This document shows positions 50,768 to 62,708 of a stretch of 64,000 nucleotides of DNA, piece by piece (within the stretch, counting starts at the first letter, position 1; every line of letters starts with the position of its first letter). Source of the DNA: Tubulanus polymorphus (lineage: Eukaryota; Animalia; Nemertea); assembly GCF_964204645.1 (NCBI RefSeq), contig NC_134032.1, positions 372,001 to 436,000 on the forward strand, read 5' to 3'. Position numbers and translations under genes: made by a program. Below the pieces are notes generated by a model, which worked only from the letters and a program-made list of their open reading frames with translations, was not told the DNA's origin and searched no databases.

Positions 50768-51311
50768 TTATAACCATTGATGAAACACTCTGAGTCTGTG
50801 TTGTAAAGATAATATATCCCTGCAGAGTGTCATCAATGGTTATAATGAGGACAACATCAGTATTCCTGAAGATGACTATTAGGATATAGTCGAAACGTTG
50901 AATAAACTACACTAGCTCAAGGAAACATTTCAGACTCTTATTATTCTTAGTGTGCAGGGATTTTATATTATCTTTACAACACGGACTCAGAGTGTTTCAT
51001 CAATGGTTATAATGAGGACAACATCAGTATTCCTGAAGATGACTATTAGGATATAGTCTAAACGTTGAATAAACTACACTAGCTCAAGGAAACATTTCAG
51101 ACTCTTTTTATTCTTAGTGTGCAGGGATTTTATATTATCTTTACAACACGGACTCAGAGTGTTTCATCAATGGTTATAATGAGGACAACATCAGTATTCC
51201 TGAAGATGACTATTAGGATATAGTGGAAACGTTGAATAAACTACACTAGCTCAAGGAAATATTTCAGACTCTTTTTATTCTTAGTGGATTTTATATTATC
51301 TTTACAACACG
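50768..51311 (+). mobile_element. 167-bp hammerhead array 3 (3 cores) with an inverted 5' fragment
   Basis: 50768-50824 is the reverse complement of part of the unit. Cores at 50861 (intact), 51028 (GAAA to TAAA) and 51195. Confidence 0.85.
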
Positions 51312-51919
51312 CTGGTTGATATAAATCACCACCGACAACCCCCGCGTCCAGTACGCAGCAGCAGCAGCAGCAGCAGCAGCAGCGGCGGCAGCGACGGTGA
51401 CGCGGCTGATCAGGTGTTAGAAAATATCATGGACACAAACACGCATCGTTAATAAAGCCGCGGTGTAAAATTCGTAAACACGAGATCTGAGCGTCACAGC
51501 GAGGCAGCAGTCATCTATAACACAGTGTCAACTTGTACTATTCATAAACTGATAAATTACACGATGCAGCAAAGGAGGAGAAGGAGGAGGAGCCACCGCG
51601 TATCGGAACACTTTTTAAACGATTTCGTTATTCATGTATTCCTGATCGCGGCCGCGCAGAATGGCGCCTGATGTCGCAGATGTTGTCGAGAAGATATCGA
51701 GATGTTTTTGGGAAGCTGTCTGCACCTTGACTGATCGGCGAACCGCCGGGAAATCTAACCGATAGGTGTACGAGATGCCGGTGTACGGAGTCGCTGTGCG
51801 CTATTTCTTACTGAATATTGAAATGTTATCTTTAAAAAAAGGTTCCGCGCATGAGCAGAAAATGAATAATGGATCAAGAATTGTGTACTTTAACGTTCGT
51901 AGAAAGAATTCCACATTCA

Positions 51920-52265
51920 GACTCTATTGTCGCACTACCTAATGACCCCTGGTGGATCCTCACTTGCCACTGGTGGAATCCTCTATTGCTGCAGTATTAA
52001 ATGTCCTGCTGCACACTAGCGACACCTGGTGGATCCTCACTTGCCACTGGTGGAATCCTCTATTGCTGCATTATTAAATGTCCTACTCCAAACTAGCGAC
52101 ACCTGGTGGATCCTCACTTGCCACAGGTGAAATCCTTGATTGCTGCAGTATTTAATGTCCTACTCCACACTAGCGCCATCTGGCGTCTCCATACGTGCTG
52201 CAATAGTTGATGTTCTACTGCGCGCTAGCGACACCTGGTGGATCCTCACTTGCCAATCCTCTATC
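51920..52265 (-). repeat. 77-bp family cluster
   Basis: ctggtggatcc at 51949, 52026 and 52103 defines the 77-bp period. Confidence 0.9.
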
Positions 52266-53062
52266 ACTAGAGTAGTTGTATGATAAGTATAGCATAAGGC
52301 TATTAAAACTGTCCCACATGTTCTATGTCATTGCGTTAATAAATTCCTATTGAAAAACTCACAATCCAATTTTTTTTCTATAAGATTTATATGAGATGAA
52401 TAATCATCTAATTTTACGGTACAATTCGGCTCCGTATTCGGACAATGTGTCACGAACTTCTGCTCTAAATTGAGCTAATGCTCGGGAGTTGATTTAGTCG
52501 GCAATGACGTCACTAGAGTCAATAAACAATAGCTACGTTAACGAGTCGTATCTGCATGTTTACCGGTATTGGCCGATGATGAATCTAAAGACCTTGCGGT
52601 CAACGGAAGACAAGTCATAAATATAGAAATGGTTAGCGCGAAAAGTGAATTTCGGTTTGAAATTAGTGGCTTTCTGTGGATTCGCAACCGGTTTGTAGTG
52701 AGTGGGTAAGTGAATAAAGCGGATAAATTGATAACTGCGCGCACGCGGCGGGCAATACTCTCTCGTTAGCCGTTCGGTAACTCACACGCGATCGAAGCTC
52801 ATCATCCACCAATTCATGGGTTTAATTCACAGTTACTGGTGGAATTAGAGGTGAGGGGAGACTCCGGCCTGCGATCGCGCTCTGTGTCGCCTTCAGGCAG
52901 AGAGCTCGCACTCTATATAGCTGCTGCTGCCGCTGCTGCCGCTGCTGCTGGTGCCGCTGCTGCTGTAGTTATTGTTATCTGTATTCATCATCAGTATTAT
53001 ATTAGTTTACTGCTTGTAATTGGAGCTGGTATCTATAATATACACGACAACTCGTTACCCGA

Positions 53063-53375
53063 GCCCCTAATCACCCCCGGCCGAACACAGCTAGCTGTAG
53101 AATCACAGCCCCCTAATCACCCCCGGCCGAACACAGCTAGCTGTAGAATCACGGCCCCCTAATCACCCCCGGCCGAACACAGCTAGCTGTAGAATCACAG
53201 CCCCTAATCACCCCCGGCCGAACACAGCTAGCTGTAGAATCACAGCCCCCTAATCACCCCCGGCCGAACACAGCTAGCTGTAGAATCACAGCCCCTAATC
53301 ACCCCCGGCCGAACACAGCTAGCTGTAGAATCACAGCCCCTAATCACCCCGGACAGAGCAAGACAGAATCACAGC
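53063..53375. repeat. 45/46-bp minisatellite, about 6.5 copies
   Basis: cccctaatcacccccggccgaacacagctagctgtagaatcacag, containing the palindrome acagctagctgt. Confidence 0.95.
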
Positions 53376-53377
53376 TG

Positions 53378-53720
53378 GCACTGGTTAGTGAGTTTGACTG
53401 ATTTCGGTGCAAGGTGGAAAGACGGACACTGGTTAGTGACTTTGACTGATTTCGGCGCAAGGTGTATAGATGGACACTGGTTAGTGAGTTTGACTGATTT
53501 CGGCGCAAGGTGGATAGACGGACACTGGTTAGTGAGTTCGACTGGTTTCGGCGCAAGGTGGATAGACGGACCCTGGTTAGTGAGTTCGACTGGTTTCGGC
53601 GCAAGGTGGATAGACGGACCCTGGTTAGTGAGTTCGACTGGTTTCGGCGCAAGGTGGATAGACGGACACTGGTTGGTGAGTTCGACTGGTTTCGGCGCAA
53701 GGTGGATAGACGGACACTGG
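53378..53720. repeat. 48-bp minisatellite, 7 copies
   Basis: cactggttagtgagtt(t/c)gactg(a/g)tttcggcgcaaggtggatagacgga. Confidence 0.95.
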
Positions 53721-54351
53721 GGGAATACGTTGTAATAGACACTCTACCATGGCCAACACCAATGAAATCATCAGCAATAAATACGTACCTTATTTTACAA
53801 ATAGAAATAGCTCAAATAGGACCCGATCACGGAAGGCAAAAAGAATCCCTGGCAAGCGAGTATATCATATTTCCCAGACGAGCGTAATCCGACTTCATTT
53901 CTCATTGTAAATTAAATTGATATTTTATGTTGATTAATTGACCCGCGAGTTAAGCCTATTCCCAGGACGGCGGGCCGAGCATCGCTTAAATCGTGACGTA
54001 AAAAAAACAGATATCTATATGGTAATGATATTACGCGTGGATAGTGTGGCCGGATTATCCTCTATAGGAAACGGATCGTATGTCAAAATAGAATTTATGA
54101 TACTTTCAGCGAAGGATACTTCATCATCGACAACGTAATGCTGTGTAGAAAAAAGAAACTGTTTCACTGGTATCTGGGAAAATTAGCATTTGGTTCGTCT
54201 TAAACGTGATAAATGATGCAATTGCAACCCGCAATTGTGTGGGTTCAACCCAGTTGTCGAATTGGTTCGGCAGTTCAGGATTACGTTCGTCAAACTAAAC
54301 GATTTTCTGTAAAACTTTTTTCCAATCTAAGTGGAAATTGGATTATCAAGT

Positions 54352-55450
54352 CATAGGTTTGAATCCTGGTGGTAGCAGTCAGTCAGATCTGACTGGTCCC
54401 TCATCAATCCAGGGTTCATGTGTTTGAATCCTGGTAGTAGCAGTCAGTCAGTCTTTCACTGGTCTCTCATCATTTCAGGATTCATGTCGTTGAATCCTGA
54501 TGGTAGCAGTCAGTCAGTCAGTCAGTCCTTCACTGGTCTTTCATCATTTCAGGATTCATGTCTTCGAATCCTGATGGTAGCAGTCAGTCAGTCCTTCACT
54601 GGTCTCTCATCATTTCAGGATTCATGTCTTTGAATCCTGATGGTAGCAGTCAGTCAGTCTTTCACTGGTCTCTCATCATTTCAGGATTCATGTCTTTGAA
54701 TCCTGATGGTAGCAGTCAGTCGGATCTAACTGGTCCCTCATCAATCCAGGGTTCATGTGTTTGAATCCTGGTAGTAGCAGTCAGTCAGTCTTTCACTGGT
54801 CTCTCATCATTTCAGGATTCATGTCTTTGAATCCTGATGGTAGCAGTCAGTCAGTCAGTCAGTCAGTCAGTCCTTCACTGGTCTTTCATCATTTCAGGAT
54901 TCATGTCTTTGAATCCTGATGGTAGCAGTCAGTCAGTCCTTCACTGGTCTCTCATCATTTCAGGATTCATGTCTTTGAATCCTGATGGTAGCAGTCAGTC
55001 AGTCTTTCACTGGTCTCTCATCATTTCAGGATTCATGTCTTTGAATCCTGATGGTAGCAGTCAGTCAGTCAGTCAGTCAGTCCTTCACTGGTCTTTCATC
55101 ATTTCAGGATTCATGTCTTCGAATCCTGATGGTAGCAGTCAGTCAGTCTTTCACTGGTCTCTCATCATTTCAGGATTCATGTCTTTGAATCCTGATGGTA
55201 GCAGTCAGTCAGTCAGTCAGTCAGTCAGTCAGTCCTTCACTGGTTTCATCATTTCAGGATTCATGTCTTTGAATCCTGATGGTAGCAGTCAGTCAGTCCT
55301 TCACTGGTCTCTCATCATTTCAGGATTCATGTCTTTGAATCCTGATGGTAGCAGTCAGTCAGTCTTTCACTGATCTCTCATCATTTCAGGAGACATGTCT
55401 TTGAATCCTGATGGTAGCAGTCAGTCAGTGTTCCATCGATCTCTCATCAA
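54352..55450 (+). repeat. About 66-bp satellite with a variable internal (CAGT)n tract
   Basis: ttcatgtctttgaatcctgatggtag(cagt)n ctttcactggtctctcatcatttcagga; a variant unit recurs at about 54385 and 54720. Confidence 0.95.
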
Positions 55451-56264
55451 TGTTCAAGCAATTATTTAAAAATATCATATTTGGCGCAAAAAACATAAAA
55501 AGTAATAGTGTGTCAGATGTAGATCCATTAACACGTAAAGTATTTGTGTAGAACAGACTGATGTACCAGTCACGCAAACGGATCTATCGCAATCGCAATA
55601 ATCTATCATCCCATCTAGAATAGTTTGTAGTGTTGCGCTGCTAATAATATTAAGCTATTCACGGTGTAAAATGAGTAATAACTATCGGTATTATATCGTA
55701 TCGGTTATAACCTGCATGTGCTGTGTCGGTTTTCTGGCAAATTGGCTTTTTTTCGCGAGTAATTGACAAAATTGATGTCACATCGCACTTCCGTCGCATA
55801 GAAATCCATGTCGCGGCGATTTTTTCATTATCAGCGGGGTTGTTACGTCGATTTTTTATTATCATTAGTGGATGTTATGGAAGCAGAGAGAGAGAGGGAT
55901 GGAGAGAGTGAGAGTGAGATGGAGGGAGAGGGAGGGCAGGCGAAGGGGAGAGGGGGAGGGAGTGAGTAAGGGAGAGTGAGAAAGGGAGGGAGGGGGTTGA
56001 GAGAGGGTGAGGGCGAGGAAGAGAGGGGGCGGTCGACGTGCCCCGCGGGTAAATATCTGTAATATCCAATTCGACAGAGTGAATTGAGTTTTCACTTTAT
56101 CTGTGCAATATTGGGTCCGCGGCGCAATATAGAATCATAGATTTTTTTTTTCAATTCAGGAATATAATTATCTAGAAATAAAAAAATAATAAAAGCAGAT
56201 GCCATAGAACTCACCAACTCCAGTTATCTCAGGCAGCCAAAACCGAGTTGTTTGTAATTGAATT

Positions 56265-56470
56265 ATTAGTAACTGATCATAATTTTAATCAATCGTCGAA
56301 CTCATTGAGAATGAGAAGGTCGTCATTAGTAACTAATTATAATTTTACTGAATCGTCGAACTCATTGAGAATGAGAAGGTCGTCATTAGTAATCAATTAT
56401 AATTTTACTGAATCGTCGAACTCATTGAGAATGAGAAGGTCGTCATTAGTAATCAATTATAATTTTAGTA
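56265..56470. repeat. 60-bp tandem repeat, about 3.3 copies, plus a degenerate copy at about 56560-56630
   Basis: aatcgtcgaactcattgagaatgagaaggtcgtcattagtaa at 60-bp spacing. Confidence 0.9.
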
Positions 56471-56969
56471 ACAAATGATGACAATGAGTAGTAATCTATT
56501 TCTTATATAGCATCAGTAATAAGCTACACGCCGGTTTACATTAAAATATTCAATATACGTTAATCATAATTGAAGTGAATCGTTGAAGTCATCGAGAACG
56601 AGAATATTGGCATTTTAGTAAATAATCACAATCTGACGTCAGTGACGTCATCCATGGAGTTTCCCCAGTTCGGGTTCGAGTTCAGGCGTACTATTAGGTG
56701 TATAGGAATTCAGTAAGCAGGTCGGAGCCAATCGAGCTTAATTCAATGATACTTGCGCTTTAAACCCGAGTCGGAGGAGTCCACTGAGAGTGGAGGAGGT
56801 GACAGTCACGGATCGTGCCAGACGCGCACAATCAAATCCGCTCTTAAATAGTGAAATCGACGCGTGACGAATCAGCGCGATATTAACCGAATTAAACAGC
56901 GCAGTAGATTAGAACAAGTTTTAATTGAATATAAACCAGTCAGATCAAATACACTGAACTAGCGCTCAG

Positions 56970-58774
56970 AGGTTTCAATCCCTGCTGAGGGAGGATGTGT
57001 CTACTAGGACAGGGGTTTGTACTGTGACAGAGTCTCATGATGTCATCAGGTTGAGAATCCCTGCTGAGGGAGGATGTGTCTACTAGGACAGGAGTTTGTA
57101 CTGTGACAGAGTCTCACGATGTCATCAGGTTTGAATCCCTGCTGAGGGAGGATGTGTCTACTAGGACAGGAGTTTGTACTGTGACAGAGTCTCACGATGT
57201 CATCAGGTTTGAATCCCCGCTGAGGGAGGATGTGTCTACTAGGACAGGGGTTTGTACTGTGACGGAGTCTCACGATGTCATCAGGTTTGAATCCCTGCTG
57301 AGGGAGGATGTGTCTACTAGGACAGGGGTTTGTACTGTGACGGAGTCTCACGATGTCATCAGGTTCAAATCCCTGCTGAGGGAGGATGTGTCTACTAGGA
57401 CAGGAGTTTGTACTGTGACAGAGTCTCGCGATGTCATCAGGTTTGAATCCCTGCTGAGGGAGGATGTGTCTACTAGGACAGGAGTTTGTACTGTGACAGA
57501 GTCTCACGATGTCATCAGGTTTGAATCCCTGCTGAGGGAGGATGTGTCTACTAGGACAGGAGTTTGTACTGTGACAGAGTCTCACGATGTCATCAGGTTT
57601 GAATCCCTGCTGAGGGAGGATGTGTCTACTAGGACAGGGGTTTGTACTGTGACAGAGTCTCACGATGTCATCAGGTTTGAAACCTGCCCCGAGGGAGGAT
57701 GTGTCTACTAGGACAGGGGTTTGTACTGTGACAGAGTCTCATGATGTCATCAGGTTCAAATCCCTGTGAGGGAGGACAGGGGTTTGTACTGTGACAGAGT
57801 CTCATGATGTCATCAGGTTGAGAATCCCTGCTGGGGGAGGATGTGTCTACTAGCACAGGGGTTTGTACTGTGACAGAGTCTCATGTGTCTACTAGGACAG
57901 GGGTTTGTACTGTGACAGAGTCTCACGATGTCATCAGGTTCAAATCCCTGCTGGGGGAGGATGTGTCTACTAGGACAGGGGTTTGTACTGTGACAGAGTC
58001 TCATGATGTCATCAGGTTTAAATCCCTGCTGAGGGAGGATGTGTCTACTAGGACAGGGGTTTGTACTGTGACAGAGTCTCATGATGTCATCAGGTTTAAA
58101 TCCCTGCTGAGGGAGGATGTGTCTACTAGGACAGGGGTTTGTACTGTGACAGAGTCTCATGATGTCATCAGGTTGAGAATCCCTGCTGGGGGAGGATGTG
58201 TCTACTAGCACAGGGGTTTGTACTGTGACAGAGTCTCATGTGTCTACTAGGACAGGGGTTTGTACTGTGACAGAGTCTCACGATGTCATCAGGTTCAAAT
58301 CCCTGCTGAGGGAGGGTGTGTCTACTAGGACAGGGGTTTGTACTGTGACAGAGTCTCATGATGTCATCAGGTTTAAATCCCTGCTGAGGGAGAATGTGTC
58401 TACTAGGACAGGGGTTTGTACTGTGACAGAGTCTCATGATGTCATCAGGTTGAGAATCCCTGCTGGGGGAGGATGTGTCTACTAGCACAGGGGTTTGTAC
58501 TGTGACAGAGTCTCACGATGTCATCAGGTTCAAATCCCTGCTGAGGGAGGATGTGTCTACTAGGACAGGGGTTTGTACTGTGACAGAGTCTCACGATGTC
58601 ATCAGGTTTGAATCCCTGCTGTGGGAGGATGTGTCTACTAGGACAGGGGTTTGTACTGTGACAGAGTCTCACGATGTCATCAGGTTTGAATCCTTGCTGA
58701 GGGAGGATGTGTCTACTAGGACTGGGGTTAGTACTGGACAGGGACAGGGGTTAGATGTACTGTGACAGAGTCTC
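56970..58774 (+). repeat. 78-bp satellite, array 2
   Basis: Same unit and orientation as 16786-19299, with its own variants (ggagtttg, ctgggggagg, tagcacagg). Confidence 0.95.
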
Positions 58775-59324
58775 GCCGGTGCTCTATTACACAGTCGAAA
58801 CTCTGTTATAATTATGTAACATTCAAGGCTGAACAATTGTTTGAATTATTCATGTTTTGTCCCGGATATCGTTAAAACTCTCAAACTAAACGATATATTT
58901 AAACCGTCATATAGATGCGTGTGTGAGAAATCGATGTACGCCCGTGAAACAGCGGGCCCGAACGGATACAACAACAACAAAAACTGCTTCGAAATTATTG
59001 GATTTAATCATCGAACTGTCGCCTGTAACGAGTAACGGACACATTTACAAATTCAATTCCGTATAGATCGAGTGAAATAGAAGCATTAACCATTTCAACT
59101 GACTCCAGCGCGAACGTGTGCGGAGAACACATGTTAATAAAAGACAAAATATTAAAACGCTACATCCAGTTCCACGTGAACCTGACTCTGGATTTCAAAT
59201 CAAATACGGGTACATCTCATATTCGACACTCTCTCATTCGGCGGCGCATTTAGCAAAGACTTCGGCTAGAAAACTTACTCAAAAACGTCGGTCAATCTGA
59301 GGTATAAATCTGGAGATAAGTTGC

Positions 59325-59452
59325 TGAGTTCACATTTGACTCAAAGTTAGCTCAATGACAATGAACTAGTTTGACTCAAAGTTAACTCATTGAAATAACT
59401 GGCTACATTGTAGAGTTAACTCTGCCCAGAGTTAACTCTTGACTCACAACCT
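59325..59452. repeat. Solo relative of the 48.5 kb satellite and 21.6 kb MITE
   Basis: tttgactcaaagttagctcaatgacaatgaactagtttgactcaaagttaactc...gactcacaac. Confidence 0.7.
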
Positions 59453-59828
59453 CCTGGGCCGTCAACACGCGACCTTGAAGAAATCGCCGTCGTTCTAGGT
59501 GATAAGATCACTGCGAGCACACGACGAGGAAGCGACTGCGGCAAGTGAATGTGAATTAGATGCTAATAGAATCGTGCGGTGAATTTGATCGTTCGACGAT
59601 TAAACGAAAGTCAAATTCGACAGCGAAATCAATACAGGAATCATCGAAAACTATCGACTGATCAATGAACTCAATATCATTCAAACCAGAAACAATTCAT
59701 ATTACAAAGTTTATTGATAATTAGAATGTCACTTATCAATAATGTCCCATCTCCCTTTATCTTATTTGTAAATCATATTCACTATTACATCATACTAGCG
59801 GGATACCCGTCTTCGACTGGTGGGTTGC

Positions 59829-60764
59829 AGCTCAAGGAAACATTTCAGACTCTTTTTATTCTTAGTGTGCAGGGAATTTATATCATCTTTACAACACGGA
59901 CTCAGAGTGTTTCATCAATGGTTATAATAAGGACAACATCAGTATTCCTGAAGATGACTATTAGGATATAGTCGAAACGTTGAATAAACTACACTAGATC
60001 AAGGAACTATTTCAGACTCTTTTTATTCTTAGTGTGCAGGGATTTTATATTATCTTTACAACACGGACTCAGAGTGTTTCATCAATGGTTATAATGAAGA
60101 CAACATCAGTATTCCTGAAGATGACTATTAGGATATAGTTGAAACGTTGAATAAACTACACTAGCTCAAGGAAACATTTCAGACTCTTTTTATTCTTAGT
60201 GTGCAGGGATTTTATATTATCTTAACAACACGGACTCAGAGTGTTTCATCAATGGTTATAATGAAGACAACATCAGTATTCCTGAAGATGACTATTAGGA
60301 TATAGTTGAAACGTTGAATAAACTACACTAGCTCAAGGAAACATTTCAGACTCTTTTTATTCTTAGTGTGCAGGGATTTTATATTATCTTTACAACACGG
60401 ACTCAGAGTGTTTCATCAATGGTTATAATGAGGACAACATCAGTATTCCTGAAGATGACTATTAGGATATAGTGGAAACGTTGAATAAACTACACTAGCT
60501 CAAGGAAACATTTCAGACTCTTTTTATTCTTAGTGTGCAGGGATTTTATATTATCTTTACAACACGGACTCAGAGTGTTTCATCAATGGTTATAATGAGG
60601 ACAACATCTGTATTCCTGAAGATGACTATTAGGATATAGTCGAAACGTTGAATAAACTACACTAGCTCAATGAAACATTTCAGACTCTTTTTATTCTTAG
60701 TGTGCAGGGATTTTATATCATCTTTACAACTCATACTTACTGAGTGTTTCATCAATGGTTTATA
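59829..60764 (+). mobile_element. 167-bp hammerhead array 4 (5 cores)
   Basis: Cores at 59943 and 60611 are intact; 60110 and 60277 have C to T and 60444 has C to G at the stem II closing base. Confidence 0.85.
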
Positions 60765-60959
60765 AAACATGTTATTTCAGCTATCAATATACTTTTCCTA
60801 CCTTGCAGATTCTGCGACTCATGTGTGATGTATGAATCCAGTGATAATCCTTAAAGTCGATTTGAATCCACTTGTTCTCTTTTCAAAACAGTTCAGTTTT
60901 TCTATCTTATCCAGCGCTCGGCGTTGCCAACACCATCTTTCCCGCTACCAAAACATCCT

Positions 60960-61090
60960 CATCAGCGATTGGACGCATGACTTGTCATCCTCGTCGGTGA
61001 TTGGCTTAAATAGTACAACATTAACATATCTAAGCGATAGTGAAACTGGATGATGGCGGTTTGGATGTGACCTGCGCGCACGTCACGTAG
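60960..61090. promoter_or_regulatory. Promoter-like motif cluster
   Basis: Two ATTGG (CCAAT) boxes, GATGGCGG, TGCGCGCA and ACGTCACGT within 130 bp. Confidence 0.3.
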
Positions 61091-61459
61091 ACATTTGTAT
61101 CTTATTGTCCGAGAACAATAAACAATGACATTTGACACATTTCACCCGACTATAAATCATCTTCTTTAAATCACAAACAGAATGCAGGTCACTAGAACCA
61201 GTGTCCACTAAAACACTATACGCAAATCATACGAATACAATCTCAATATCATCTCAAACCGGACCGAAATATCATCGGTTGCGCCGTTTAGATACTATGA
61301 ATGTATTTCAGTGTGATTTTGTACACTCTGTGACATGTATCTGTCTGAACTTATGCAACACGCAGCTGTCGCAGTTTTATTATTTGAATATCAATTTTAC
61401 GAATATTATCCACCTCTGATCGCATAACATAAACTTCAGATCAGTACATTAATACGATA

Positions 61460-61695
61460 TAGGTCTAATAAGTTGGTCGTAATTTTTTGGGGTAGATCTT
61501 ATAAGTTGGTTGTAATTTTTGGGGTAGATCTTATAAGTTGGTCGTTATTTTTTGGGTAGATCTAATGAGTTGGTTGTAATTTTTGGGGTAGATCTTATAA
61601 GTTGGTCGTAATTTTTTGGGTAGATCTAATGAAGTGGTTGTAATTTTTGGGGTAGATCTAAAAATTTGGCTGTCATTTCTAAGGTAGGTCTAATG
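61460..61695. repeat. 32-bp minisatellite, about 7 copies, with alternating variants
   Basis: tagatct at 61493, 61525, 61557, 61589, 61621 and 61653; gtcgt and gttgt alternate. Confidence 0.9.
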
Positions 61696-62579
61696 AGGCT
61701 TTAAATCTTGGAAAACAACTTGGGCTCCATCTATGTTTATTGCTGGAACCGTGCCAGAATCCTGGAAATGATGGTTCGAGCCCTCTAATTGTTAGATTTC
61801 CTTTCAGAAAAGGCACGGAATTAGACTTGAATAATCCACGGAACGATCGGTTTGCGACTGTAGTTTTCGCACGGCTCGTAAAGACACAGTTTATGGGAAT
61901 AGAACACGTTTTCGTGTCAGAAGAATCCATACACTTCATTTCGTTAAGATTCGAAAATCGATTTTTAAGACAGCGTTCTTTTGAAATCAAGAATTCTCGA
62001 AAGCGAATTTCATCAAACAAAAGTTTGCTCGAATTTGTTTCGTACCAATATTTAGATATTAATAACTAGACTTCCAAGTATAGAGGGGGTTTCTTCAAAA
62101 TCAACAAAAGGATATTTGTATAAAGCAGTATCACCTAAAGTATTTATGTACAGTATATATGGATTTCCAACCAAGCTAGACGAATGCTTCCGCCATTGTA
62201 CAAAGGAGATTGGGGTTATAATCTCAAAATCTCCCCTTGGAAAATGTTAAGAATTTTAATGGCATTTTATTTCTTTTCGCAAATCTCAATGTTCGGCGAT
62301 GCGCAGTGGGAGGCCCCTTTGATGGCACGTAATCTCAAACTCAAACGGTTACGGATCAGTCGCCAGGAGAAATATTCCACTGAACACAAGCCCAGACTGC
62401 GGATAATGTACCTTAACCTGGATAATTGAAAAAAAATTGGAAAATATGACTTTTAGGGATATCGCAAAATGAATTAAAAATTCACAATGCTATATCTAAA
62501 ATCGTGAAATCATGCCGTCTTACTTTCTATTCGTACTTTCTGTTTATTTCCCAACTTAGGAAAATATAATTAAACTCAC

Positions 62580-62708
62580 CTGGTTATCTGATAAAGCTTG
62601 TGCTGCACCTAATGAGGACATGAGATCGACTCGCTTGTTGACAACAGCTTCTATCATATCAGCTCGACTCATTCCAACCCAGTCGTTCTCGCAATTGCTA
62701 AAGTACAT
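62580..62708 (-). CDS. Possible coding exon MYFSNCENDWVGMSRADMIEAVVNKRVDLMSSLGAAQALSDNQ, product unknown
   Basis: ATG-initiated 43 open codons ending at a consensus donor CAG|GTGAGT in phase 0; no family recognised. Confidence 0.35.

Noticed and set aside
20635-61695. CRISPR-like appearance of the 27-48 bp arrays
   Set aside because: Head-to-tail repeats without unique spacers, no cas genes, eukaryotic context.
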